Assembly: GCA_947487895.1 (NCBI GenBank)
Contig: CANKYF010000007.1
Coordinates: 12,196 to 76,195, forward strand
Direction: 5' to 3'
From: an uncultured Flavobacteriaceae bacterium
GTDB lineage: Bacteria > Bacteroidota > Bacteroidia > Flavobacteriales > Flavobacteriaceae
DNA: 64,000 nucleotides
How positions within the stretch are numbered: position 1 is the stretch's first letter; each line of letters starts with the position of its first letter. The notes beneath the pieces were generated by a model that saw only the letters and a list, made by a program, of their open reading frames with translations, was not told the DNA's origin and searched no databases. Shown here in pieces: positions 1 to 8,755 of the stretch. The translations under genes were made by a program, and so were the position numbers.

Positions 1-2685
1 ATTATAAAAATGAGACCAGAATTTTTTAGATTTCTTTTTACTTACAGACCATTGTGATGGATTTATAGTTAATGTTTGGCTCAGTCTATTTTGATGGGTT
101 TTTATAAAGACTCTATTAGGTAAAAGAACTCTAATATAAGTACCTTGATCTTGAAATTGAGCAATTTCAAATTCTTCTAGTTCTTGAATGCCATTTTCGT
201 TATAATCAATCCAAGTGTAAGTGCCTTGACCAGCCTCCACTTCTACATAAGTGAAATCTTGTTGAGGTAATGTTCCAGAATTGGTTTCAAAAATAGTATT
301 CCATTGTACAATGCGCTTAAAAAGCTTTTGATTATACTGAAGTCTGGAATTCAAAGATTGTTCACTATCAACATCTGCTTCTTCACTTTTTAAAGTTCTA
401 TAATTAGCATATAATGAAAGGTTAGTATTCTTGTTTTGTACAAGTTTAGAATCTAAATAAAACGTATTAGAGGTATTAACTTTTTGAAGCTGATTATTTC
501 TAATACTATCATTTACACGATTTTTATAACCAACTTCTACAAAAACTTTGGTGCTGTCTCCAATACCTGTAAATACTTCATAAGATTTGAATCTTTGACT
601 TAAAGCAGTTAAAGTATTTGTAGCAACTTCTTTTTGTTCATTATTTTCAACCGAGAGTCTAGTACCAATCCAACTTTTTTTCATTCCATAAGTAACAGTA
701 TTATAGGAGCGTAAAAAAGAAGATTCGTTTAAACTAGAAGAGGCTTTTAGAAAACTGGAATTTGAGTTAATTCTAAACTTGTTCAACTGAAGATTGATAT
801 TAGCTACATGCCTATTTCCGCTAAAAGCATCAGAATAATTTAAGTGTTCGTATTGATAATTTATAATTCCCTTTTTAGGATTAAAAAACTTGAAACCAGA
901 GTTCATGAGTGTTTGATTACCAATGTCTATGTTTGTTGGTGTGCCATTAGAAGAAATTAAGTTCCAGTCTCTAGAAAATTCAGCATTATATAAGCGCTCT
1001 ATCGTTCTGAAATTCTTTTGAATGTAATCTGCATTTGCAAAAACATTTAAGGTCCAGAGGCTATCGTTTTTAACCAGACTTTTTTCAATGTTTAGTTTGC
1101 CTGCAAAACCGTCATTGTTATCATCATTTAAATTTGAAAATAAATTTAAATCGTTTTTACTACCAGCAACTTCAAAATCTATATGAGTATGTTCATTTGG
1201 TTCATAGGTGCCATTTACAACGGCAATTTGTAATTTAGTTGGAGCCACCAATTGTACAATTGGGGCATAGTTACCTTGGTTAACTCCTACATATTCATAA
1301 ATGTTATTTATGGCGTTTGAATTGCTTAAAACATAATCACCTAGATTTTGACCTACTTGGGTAAATGTAACTCTGAATAATTCATCATCAGGACTGTTAG
1401 AAAATACAAATGCTTCAACGCCACCAATAAGTTCTTTTTTATAAAGAATTCTATTTTCATTTAATGATTCCTGAATGGCAGAAGGCGCTACCATTTGTGT
1501 TTTATCATCACCAGCATTTGCTAAAATGTCTACTTGTTCTTCAGATAAATTTTGTTGTAAAGGTTGATTTTTAGCATCGTTTTCAGAATATACAGAAACC
1601 CCAATTTTAAGTTTTTCAGATGTAATATTACCGCCACCATAAGCTACAAAGCGAGAATAATTTCTATCGCTAAATTGATAATCTACCGTAATTCGCATTT
1701 CAGAAGTAATAGGAAATGTAGAGTTGAAAATAATTTCACCAGCATTATAATCGATAATATAGTCCTGATCTTCACCTCGTTTTACGGCAATACCATTAAC
1801 ATATACGGTTTCACTTCCTGAAACAATAAGAACAAATAACTCTCCATTTGGTCCCTGCAATTTATAAGGTCCTTGATTGCCTTCTTGTGCAGTAAATTGG
1901 CTTCTGGTAAATTGGCCTCTAACAATGGCACCAGCAGCAAATAAATTGGTTTGAGTAGTTTCTTTTCCAAGATTAGCATTCACTGAAAGTCCTTGAACAC
2001 GTTTAGAAAAACTAGCAAAATAAGAGTTAGAGTTTTGCAAGTCAATATCGCCCGCTCTAACATTCCAGTTATCACTAAATAACTCAATAAAAACTTGGTC
2101 AAATTCATCTAAACGTTGGCTGTAACCACTTTCTTGTAGTGGGATATTGGCATCTTGAATTGAAGCTCTTAAAGAAACTTTATCATTTAATTTCCCAGTA
2201 ATTTGTAAATCTAATTCACTATTTAAAACGGAGTTTTGATTGTTACCAATAGTAACACCTCTAGAAATACTACCTGAGGTGGTTAAACCATCAAAAGGCG
2301 TAAATGTGTTATTGGTATTAGGTTGAGATAGTTTGTAAAGCGTTTGAATATTACTATTGTTTGAAACAATGATAGATTCGTCTAACTGCTTATAAGTTTT
2401 CGTTAAAAACTCAGGAAATTTTAAATAGTTGATAATTATTGAATCTGTTTCAATAGGCTTTTTAAACGTTAAAAGCGCTTTAGGGAAATCTACGCTATAA
2501 AAAGAACTATCTATTAAAACGCCTTTTTTGGTGTTAACCGAAAAAGAACTAGAATTGATACTAACACTATCAATTTTAATAACATTTTTTATAGCAACTT
2601 TTACAGATTTATAATTAGAATTTTGGTCTTGAGAAAAACCAAAGAAACTAATGAGGATTAAAAGTATTGGTAAAAGGTGCTTCAT
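1..2685 (-). CDS. Large exported/outer-membrane protein with SprA-like motifs; runs off the left window edge, so it is absent from the ORF track
   Basis: ATG at 2685 gives MKHLLPILLILISFFGFSQ (signal-peptide-like). In-frame translation at several points (1-60, 1981-2040, 2040-2685) reads open, e.g. SGSISRGVTIGNNQNSVLNSELDLQITGKL, WNVRAGDIDL. Not every codon was checked. Confidence 0.8.
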   Translation of the reverse strand, partial: MKHLLPILLILISFFGFSQDQNSNYKSVKVAIKNVIKIDSVSINSSSFSVNTKKGVLIDSSFYSVDFPKALLTFKKPIETDSIIINYLKFPEFLTKTYKQLDESIIVSNNSNIQTLYKLSQPNTNNTFTPFDGLTTSGSISRGVTIGNNQNSVLNSELDLQITGKLNDKVSLRASIQDANIPLQESGYSQRLDEFDQVFIELFSDNWNVRAGDIDLQNSNSYFASFSKRVQGLSVNANLGKETTQTNLFAAGAIVRGQFTRSQFTAQEGNQGPYKLQGPNGELFVLIVSGSETVYVNGIAVKRGEDQDYIIDYNAGEIIFNSTFPITSEMRITVDYQFSDRNYSRFVAYGGGNITSEKLKIGVSVYSENDAKNQPLQQNLSEEQVDILANAGDDKTQMVAPSAIQESLNENRILYKKELIGGVEAFVFSNSPDDELFRVTFTQVGQNLGDYVLSNSNAINNIYEYVGVNQGNYAPIVQLVAPTKLQIAVVNGTYEPNEHTHIDFEVAGSKNDLNLFSNLNDDNNDGFAGKLNIEKSLVKNDSLWTLNVFANADYIQKNFRTIERLYNAEFSRDWNLISSNGTPTNIDIGNQTLMNSGFKFFNPKKGIINYQYEHLNYSDAFSGNRHVANINLQLNKFRINSNSSFLKASSSLNESSFLRSYNTVTYGMKKSWIGTRLSVENNEQKEVATNTLTALSQRFKSYEVFTGIGDSTKVFVEVGYKNRVNDSIRNNQLQKVNTSNTFYLDSKLVQNKNTNLSLYANYRTLKSEEADVDSEQSLNSRLQYNQKLFKRIVQWNTIFETNSGTLPQQDFTYVEVEAGQGTYTWIDYNENGIQELEEFEIAQFQDQGTYIRVLLPNRVFIKTHQNRLSQTLTINPSQWSVSKKKSKKFWSHFYN

Positions 2686-2812
2686 TCTATATTTAAACTG
2701 CAATAAGCTTAAAATATTTTTAGAAATAGTTAAATGTCACTTAATATGGTAGTGTAAAAGTAATGTATTATTTATTTTAGCTGAAATGAACAAAACTATT
2801 TATAGATAGTTT

Positions 2813-2864
2813 TGTTTCAGCTGAACTGTTACACTGAGCTTGCCGAAGTGTTGTTTCAGCTTCA
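2813..2864. repeat. REP-like palindrome (gctgaac/ttgtttcagc) interrupted by a 24-nt second REP unit
   Basis: The uninterrupted core gaacttgtttc is at 37607-37617. The insert 2827-2850 matches the stand-alone unit at 41126-41154. Confidence 0.7.
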
Positions 2865-2890
2865 CTTAGTACTAACGAATAACTAGAGGG

Positions 2891-2923
2891 GATTCTGAAA
2901 TACTGAAATTAATTCAGCACAAG
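2891..2923. repeat. REP-like palindrome (ctgaaa...ttcagc), inverted partner of the 2813 element
   Basis: gattctgaaatactgaaattaattcagcac contains a ctgaa/ttcag inverted repeat. Confidence 0.5.
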
Positions 2924-2947
2924 TAAATTTAGAATCACAACAGAAAC

Positions 2948-3730
2948 ATGAAAATCATATCATACAACGTAAATGGCATTAGAGCTGCATTAAACAAAGG
3001 ATTTATAGATTGGTTAACCGCAGCAGATCCTGATGTTATTTGTTTACAAGAAATTAAGGCACTTAAAGAACAATTAGATTTAAGTGTTTTTGAAGAAGCT
3101 GGTTATAACTATCATTATTGGTTTAGCGCGCAGAAAAAGGGTTACAGTGGTGTGGCTATTTTATGTAAAACTGAACCAAGTCATATAGAATACGGAACAG
3201 GTATAGAATCTATGGATTTTGAAGGTCGTAATCTTCGTGTAGATTTCCCTGCCCGTTCCGAAGGTGGGAATGGTGTTTCAATTATGAGTTTATATCTGCC
3301 ATCAGGTACAAACGATGCGCGTTTACAACATAAGCTAGATTATATGGATATGTTCCAAGAGTATATAAACAAGCTTAAAAAAGACGTTCCTAATCTTATT
3401 ATTTGTGGCGATTATAATATTTGTCATGAAGAGATAGATATTCATAATCCAAAAATGAAGGGAGTATCGGGGTTTTTACCAGAAGAAAGAGAATGGATTG
3501 GTAAATTTATAGATAGTGGTTTTATAGATTCATACCGTCATTTAAATCCTGAACAACAACAATTTAGCTGGTGGAGTTATAGAGCTAATGCTCGTGCTAA
3601 TAATAAAGGTTGGCGTTTAGATTATGCAATGGTTTCTAAGCCACTACAAGAAAATATAAAAAGAGCCGTTATACTCACTGAAGCAGTGCATAGTGATCAC
3701 TGCCCTATTTTAGTAGAAATAGATAAATAA
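2948..3730 (+). CDS. xth: Exodeoxyribonuclease III (AP endonuclease)
   Basis: Motifs SYNVNGIRA, LQEIK, CGDYNICH, WRLDY, SDHCP. Confidence 0.95.
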   Translation: MKIISYNVNGIRAALNKGFIDWLTAADPDVICLQEIKALKEQLDLSVFEEAGYNYHYWFSAQKKGYSGVAILCKTEPSHIEYGTGIESMDFEGRNLRVDFPARSEGGNGVSIMSLYLPSGTNDARLQHKLDYMDMFQEYINKLKKDVPNLIICGDYNICHEEIDIHNPKMKGVSGFLPEEREWIGKFIDSGFIDSYRHLNPEQQQFSWWSYRANARANNKGWRLDYAMVSKPLQENIKRAVILTEAVHSDHCPILVEIDK

Positions 3731-3761
3731 TATAAATACAGTCAAATCAAAATCTAACCTA

Positions 3762-4721
3762 ATGATTAAGAGAATCTCAGTTTTAGCACTAACCTTTGTA
3801 GTTTTAGCATCATGTGTTTCGCCTAAAGTTTATAAAGAATTAGAAGCAAAATATAACAACTTAAAAAACGAAAACAGAAAACTCTCTGATGAAAATGATG
3901 CCCTTTTACAAGCTAAAAATGCAGCAAATAATGAATTGAAGCAACTACAAGCTGCCTATGATGAAGCAGTAGTAGAGAGAGATAAATTACAATCAGATTA
4001 TAATGCAACCAAATCTAACTATGATGCTTTGAAAGCATCATACGATGCGCTTGAAAAAAACAGTTCAGCAGCTATTGCTAAAAACTCACAAAAAAACAGA
4101 GAATTATTGGCGCAATTAGAGGCAAAAGAACAAGCTTTAGCAGCTGAAAATGCAAGATTAGCAAAACTTAAAAAAGAGTTAGAAGATCGTTCTAATAGAG
4201 TTGCAGAACTTGAAAAAGTTATTGCAGATAAAGATGCAGCAATGAGTGCGCTAAAAGATGCCATTTCAAGAGCTCTTACAGATTTTGAAGGTAAGGGATT
4301 AACTGTAGAGCAAAGAAATGGAAAAGTATATGTTTCTATGGAAAATAAATTGTTATTCAGCTCTGGTAGTTGGGCAGTTGGAACAGAAGGAAGAAGAGCA
4401 GTTCAGCAGTTAGGAGGGGTTCTTGCAGATAATCCAGACATAGCTGTTCTAATTGAAGGGCATACAGATAACGTGCCTTATAAGGGAAGTGGACAATTAA
4501 CAGGTAACTGGGATTTATCTACCAAACGAGCAACTGCTATTGTAAACATACTTAGAGAAAACAATAACATTCATCCAGAGAATTTAACAGCTGCTGGTCG
4601 TGGAGAGTTTGCTCCGGTAGCAACTAACGATTCTGCTACAGGAAAAGCAAAAAACAGACGTATAGAAGTAATTTTAACGCCTAAGTTAGATGAACTTTCT
4701 AGATTGTTAAATGATAATTAA
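3762..4721 (+). CDS. OmpA/MotB-family lipoprotein with a long coiled coil
   Basis: Lipobox LASC, heptad-rich middle, C-terminal IEGHTD...NWDLSTKRA...NRRIE. Confidence 0.9.
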   Translation: MIKRISVLALTFVVLASCVSPKVYKELEAKYNNLKNENRKLSDENDALLQAKNAANNELKQLQAAYDEAVVERDKLQSDYNATKSNYDALKASYDALEKNSSAAIAKNSQKNRELLAQLEAKEQALAAENARLAKLKKELEDRSNRVAELEKVIADKDAAMSALKDAISRALTDFEGKGLTVEQRNGKVYVSMENKLLFSSGSWAVGTEGRRAVQQLGGVLADNPDIAVLIEGHTDNVPYKGSGQLTGNWDLSTKRATAIVNILRENNNIHPENLTAAGRGEFAPVATNDSATGKAKNRRIEVILTPKLDELSRLLNDN

Positions 4722-4727
4722 CAGGTA

Positions 4728-4759
4728 TGTCATTGCGAGGAGGAACGACGCAACAATCT
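4728..4759. repeat. REP-like element (tgtcattgcgagg...caatct)
   Basis: Similar to the reverse complement of the element at 24290-24323. Confidence 0.75.
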
Positions 4760-4773
4760 TTTAAATTTAGTAT

Positions 4774-4808
4774 AGATTCTTACGCTTTTTGAAAAACTCA
4801 GAATGACA
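4774..4808. repeat. REP-like element (agattct...ctcagaatgaca), inverted partner of the 4728 element
   Basis: Ends in aatgaca like 24323 and 48896; internal ttct/agaa inverted repeat. Confidence 0.55.
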
Positions 4809-4840
4809 ACATACTATTATTATTAAAGGCTAACATAATA

Positions 4841-4878
4841 AAAACCTTTTAGGGACTTAAAAAACCTGAAAGGTTTTT
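4841..4878. terminator. 13-bp inverted repeat, terminator- or REP-like
   Basis: aaaaccttttagg / cctgaaaggtttt, one G-U pair, followed by a T-run. Confidence 0.6.
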
Positions 4879-4917
4879 ATATTTACGATTATCAACAAAA
4901 AATACATTTAAAATTAT

Positions 4918-4942
4918 AGATTCCCGCCTTTACGGGAATGTC
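4918..4942. repeat. REP-like element agattcccgcctttacgggaatgtca
   Basis: attcccg/cgggaat inverted repeat; end resembles the aatgaca end of the other REPs. Confidence 0.65.
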
Positions 4943-4954
4943 AAAAACGTAATA

Positions 4955-5992
4955 ATGAAATACACCAAATTACCAAACACCAATATAGAAGTTAGTAAAA
5001 TATGTTTGGGTTCTATGACATGGGGAAACCAAAATACAGAAGCCGAAGGACATCAACAAATAGATTTTGCTTTAGAACAAGGGGTAAACTTTATTGATAC
5101 TGCAGAATTATATCCTGTGCCAGCAAATGCTGAAACTCAAGGTAAAACAAGTGAAATTATTGGAAGCTGGCTAAAAAAGTCAGGAAAAAGGAAAGATGTT
5201 GTAATAGCATCTAAAATAGCAGGTCCAGGAGATTATACAGCACATATAAGAACTACAGGATTTAGTAAAGACTCTATAAAAGAGGCTATAGATTTAGAAT
5301 TAAAAAGACTGCAAACTGATTATATAGATCTGTATCAATTGCATTGGCCAGAACGTGATACTAATAAGTTTGGAATCAGAAATTTTCCACATAATACAAT
5401 TTCACAATGGGAAGATAATTTTGCTGAAGTACTAGAAGAATTAAATGCACAAGTTAAGTCTGGAAAAATTAGACATATAGGTCTTTCAAATGAAAACTCT
5501 TGGGGTACTATGCGTTATTTACAAGAAGCAAAAGACAATAATTTGCAAAGACCAATTACTATTCAAAATGCGTATTCTTTACTTAATCGCTTGTTTGAAT
5601 ATGAATTAGTTGAAGTATCAGTGCGAGAAAAAGTAGGTTTATTAGCCTATTCTCCAATGGCATTTGGGGTGCTTTCAGGAAAATATATTAAGGGAACTGC
5701 TAGAGACAATGCGAGATTAGCAATTCATCCACGATTTGCTAGATATAGTAGTGAACAATCAACAGAAGCTACAAGGCGTTACTTAGAAGTAGCAGAAAGC
5801 AATGGGCTTAGTTTAGCACAAATGAGTTTAGCCTTTATCAATCAGCAACCATTTGTAACAAGCACCATAATTGGAGCTACTAATTTAGAGCAGTTAAAAG
5901 AAAATATTGATAGTATTAATGTAACTCTTTCAGATAAAATATTATATGAAATTGAAGCAGTACATAGTGCAATACCAAATCCGGCACCTTAA
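4955..5992 (+). CDS. Aldo/keto reductase (Tas-like)
   Basis: LGSMTWG, FIDTAELYP, IASK, YIDLYQLHWP, IGLSNE. Confidence 0.93.
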   Translation: MKYTKLPNTNIEVSKICLGSMTWGNQNTEAEGHQQIDFALEQGVNFIDTAELYPVPANAETQGKTSEIIGSWLKKSGKRKDVVIASKIAGPGDYTAHIRTTGFSKDSIKEAIDLELKRLQTDYIDLYQLHWPERDTNKFGIRNFPHNTISQWEDNFAEVLEELNAQVKSGKIRHIGLSNENSWGTMRYLQEAKDNNLQRPITIQNAYSLLNRLFEYELVEVSVREKVGLLAYSPMAFGVLSGKYIKGTARDNARLAIHPRFARYSSEQSTEATRRYLEVAESNGLSLAQMSLAFINQQPFVTSTIIGATNLEQLKENIDSINVTLSDKILYEIEAVHSAIPNPAP

Positions 5993-6004
5993 TAATTTAA
6001 TATT

Positions 6005-6304
6005 ATGGATGGTAAAGTAAAATATGAATTCCTAACCAAAATGTGGAAGTATGACGGAGATGGAGGTTGGCATTTTGTGTCTTTACCTAAAGATACATCT
6101 AAAGAGATAAGAGCTCATTTTCAATGGCAAGAAGAAGGTTGGGGAAGAATGAAGGTAATTGCACAAATAGGTGAGTTTGAATGGAAAACGTCCATTTGGT
6201 TTGATTCTAAAACGAAGCTGTATTTATTACCAATTAAAGCTGAGGTTAGAAAAAAATGTAAATTAGATCAAGAAAAAGAAATTGAAGTAATTGTATGGGT
6301 TTAA
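6005..6304 (+). CDS. DUF1905-like small protein
   Basis: GGWHFVSLP...WGRMKV...WKTSIW...LLPIKAEVRK pattern. Confidence 0.75.
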   Translation: MDGKVKYEFLTKMWKYDGDGGWHFVSLPKDTSKEIRAHFQWQEEGWGRMKVIAQIGEFEWKTSIWFDSKTKLYLLPIKAEVRKKCKLDQEKEIEVIVWV

Positions 6305-6368
6305 TACAAATAATATAGAGAATGATTTTTGAATTATACTAACTAACTTTTATTAGTAATAACAAATA

Positions 6369-6944
6369 ATGACCATACCATTATATAATAACTTAACCGA
6401 AAAAATTACTATTACAGACGGAGATTATAATAAATTTCTTGAACTTACTAAAAGCATTTCTATTTCTAAAAATGATTTTTTTATTCATGAAGGTAATGTG
6501 TCTAAATACATAGCTTTTGTTAATTCTGGGGTGTTATATTCGTATACTATTGATAAAAAAGGTAATAAACATGTAGTTCAGATTGCTCCCGAAAATCATT
6601 GGATATCTGATTTATTTAGTTTTTTCTCTTATGAAACATCCGCTTTTAATATTGAAGCAATTGAAGATTGTGAAATAACAATATTAAGTAGAGAAAATTT
6701 TGAAAAAGCATGCAATACCATTCCAGCTATTGAAAGGTTTTTTAGGCTTTTAATACAAAAGGCTTATGTAGATTCTTTAAGACGTGTTTCCAGAATTTAT
6801 TCAAATTCTGCTGAAGAAAGATATTTAAACTTAATAAAATCTAACCCTAAAATAATTCAAAGAGTACCGCAACATTATATCGCTTCTTATTTGGGTATTA
6901 AGCCCCAATCTTTAAGTAGAATAAGAAAAAAGTTATATGACTGA
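6369..6944 (+). CDS. Crp/Fnr-family transcriptional regulator
   Basis: cNMP-binding domain plus C-terminal HTH QHYIASYLGIKPQSLSRIRK. Confidence 0.9.
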   Translation: MTIPLYNNLTEKITITDGDYNKFLELTKSISISKNDFFIHEGNVSKYIAFVNSGVLYSYTIDKKGNKHVVQIAPENHWISDLFSFFSYETSAFNIEAIEDCEITILSRENFEKACNTIPAIERFFRLLIQKAYVDSLRRVSRIYSNSAEERYLNLIKSNPKIIQRVPQHYIASYLGIKPQSLSRIRKKLYD

Positions 6945-6960
6945 TGTAAACTAAAATTAT

Positions 6961-6999
6961 AAAAAAAGAGCCTTTTCAAGACGAAAAGGCTCTTTTTTT
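6961..6999. terminator. Bidirectional intrinsic terminator
   Basis: aaaaaagagccttttc-aagac-gaaaaggctctttttt. Confidence 0.85.
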
Positions 7000-7075
7000 A
7001 TTAACCTATGTGAATGCCTATGATAACAGTATGCAACATTTTTGTGGTGTTAAATAATTAAAATAATATTTAGAA

Positions 7076-7663
7076 ATGAAAACAACAATCACATTAATTT
7101 TTGCAGTGCTAATAAGTTTATCAATACAAGCACAATCTGTAACATGGGGACTAGACCCAAATCATTCTAGCGTTAATTTTTCTGTAAGTCATTTAGTGAT
7201 TTCAGAAATTGACGGTACGTTTAAATCCTTTACAGGAAGTATAACATCAAACTCTGATGATTTTTCAAACGCTCAATTTAATTTTGAAATAGATGCTAAT
7301 TCTATAGATACAAAAAACTCTAAAAGAGACGGTCATTTAAAATCTGAAGATTTCTTTTATACTGAGAAGTATTCTAAAATAACGTTTAAAAGTACATCAT
7401 TTAAGAAAAAGAAGAAAAACAAGTATGCTTTAGAGGGAAATTTAACAATGAGAGGTGTTACTAAAAAAGTGATACTAGATGTAACTTATGGAGGAACTAT
7501 ACCAAATGATGGTTATGGTAATACAAAAGCAGGTTTTATTATTACAGGAACACTTAATAGAATTGATTATGGTGTAGCTTGGAATGCAAAAACTGAACAT
7601 GGCGGATTAACAGTTGGAGAAGATGTAGATATTGAAGTTAAGTTACAATTTGTAAAGCAATAA
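7076..7663 (+). CDS. YceI-family periplasmic lipid/polyisoprenoid-binding protein
   Basis: Signal peptide; DPNHSSVNFSVSHL, SIDTKNSKRDGHLKSEDFF, GNLTMRGVTK. Confidence 0.92.
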   Translation: MKTTITLIFAVLISLSIQAQSVTWGLDPNHSSVNFSVSHLVISEIDGTFKSFTGSITSNSDDFSNAQFNFEIDANSIDTKNSKRDGHLKSEDFFYTEKYSKITFKSTSFKKKKKNKYALEGNLTMRGVTKKVILDVTYGGTIPNDGYGNTKAGFIITGTLNRIDYGVAWNAKTEHGGLTVGEDVDIEVKLQFVKQ

Positions 7664-7672
7664 CTAAAAAAC

Positions 7673-7708
7673 AATTCAGTCTATTGAATTTATTTGATAG
7701 GCTGAATT
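7673..7708. other. Intergenic hairpin between yceI and ygiD
   Basis: aattcagtctat / ataggctgaatt inverted repeat, no clear U-tract. Confidence 0.5.
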
Positions 7709-7720
7709 TGCTTTACAAAA

Positions 7721-8596
7721 ATGAAAAGAAAGAAATTTTTAAAATCAGCAGGATTAGGTGCATTATCTTTATCATTTATGAAACTCAGTTCATTTTCTAC
7801 CTTATCTAATAATTTGAAAACTTCAAATAAAATGCCACTAATGTTTGTTGGTCATGGTACACCCATGAACGCTATAGTGCAGAACGATTTTCATAAAAAA
7901 TGGCAGAGTTTAGGTTCGCAGTTACCAGAGCCGCAAGCTATTCTGGTTATTTCGGCTCATTGGTTAACAAATAAATTAACTAAAGTAACAGCAATGTCAA
8001 CTCCAAAAACTATTCATGATTTTGGTGGTTTTCCTCAAGAATTGTTTAAGCAACAATACCCTGCTCCTGGCAGTCCAGAAATGGCAAAATTAACTGTTAA
8101 TGAAATTCACTCTACAGTAGTTCATGAAGACATGGAATGGGGCTTAGATCATGGTACTTGGTCTGTTTTAAAACCGATGTTTCCAGAAGCGAAAATTCCT
8201 GTTTATCAATTAAGCATTGATATTACTAAACCTATTGAGTTTCATTATAAACTTGGAAAGGAGCTTAGAGCATTAAGAAGAAAAGGTGTTTTAATTATTG
8301 GTAGCGGAAACATTGTACATAATTTATCAAAATTAGAATATGGTAAAAGACCTTATGATTGGGCAATAGATTTTGATGAAAAAATAAAACAATTTATTGA
8401 TAATAGAGATTTTGAATCTGTAGTGAATTTTCACGAATTAGGAAATCTTACAAAATTAGCACATCCTACTTATGAACATTTGTTGCCATTAATGTATACG
8501 TTAGGAGCAATAGAAGATAAAGAATCAATTGAATATTTCAATGATAGTTTTGATTTAGGAGCTATTTCAATGCGTTCTTTATTAGTTAATTCTTAA
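7721..8596 (+). CDS. ygiD: 4,5-DOPA-type extradiol dioxygenase (LigB family)
   Basis: FVGHGTPMNA, ISAHW, IHDFGGFP, GLDHGTW, SGNIVHNL, AHPTYEHLLP. Confidence 0.9.
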   Translation: MKRKKFLKSAGLGALSLSFMKLSSFSTLSNNLKTSNKMPLMFVGHGTPMNAIVQNDFHKKWQSLGSQLPEPQAILVISAHWLTNKLTKVTAMSTPKTIHDFGGFPQELFKQQYPAPGSPEMAKLTVNEIHSTVVHEDMEWGLDHGTWSVLKPMFPEAKIPVYQLSIDITKPIEFHYKLGKELRALRRKGVLIIGSGNIVHNLSKLEYGKRPYDWAIDFDEKIKQFIDNRDFESVVNFHELGNLTKLAHPTYEHLLPLMYTLGAIEDKESIEYFNDSFDLGAISMRSLLVNS

Positions 8597-8755
8597 AACT
8601 AAACTATAAAATTTAGTGAACTAGAACTTTAGGCTCACTATTTTTAGATGAATTTAAAGAATATTTTATAAGAAGATTATGAAGTTTTTTAATTTCAAGA
8701 TGAGACATTTTTTAATAAAAAAACCCTCACTTAAAAAAAAGCAAGGGTTTCTAAA

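Noticed and set aside
1564-1979. Track ORFs 1564..1821 (+) and 1782..1979 (-)
   Set aside because: Both lie within the long minus-strand gene 1..2685, antisense or off-frame, with no motifs
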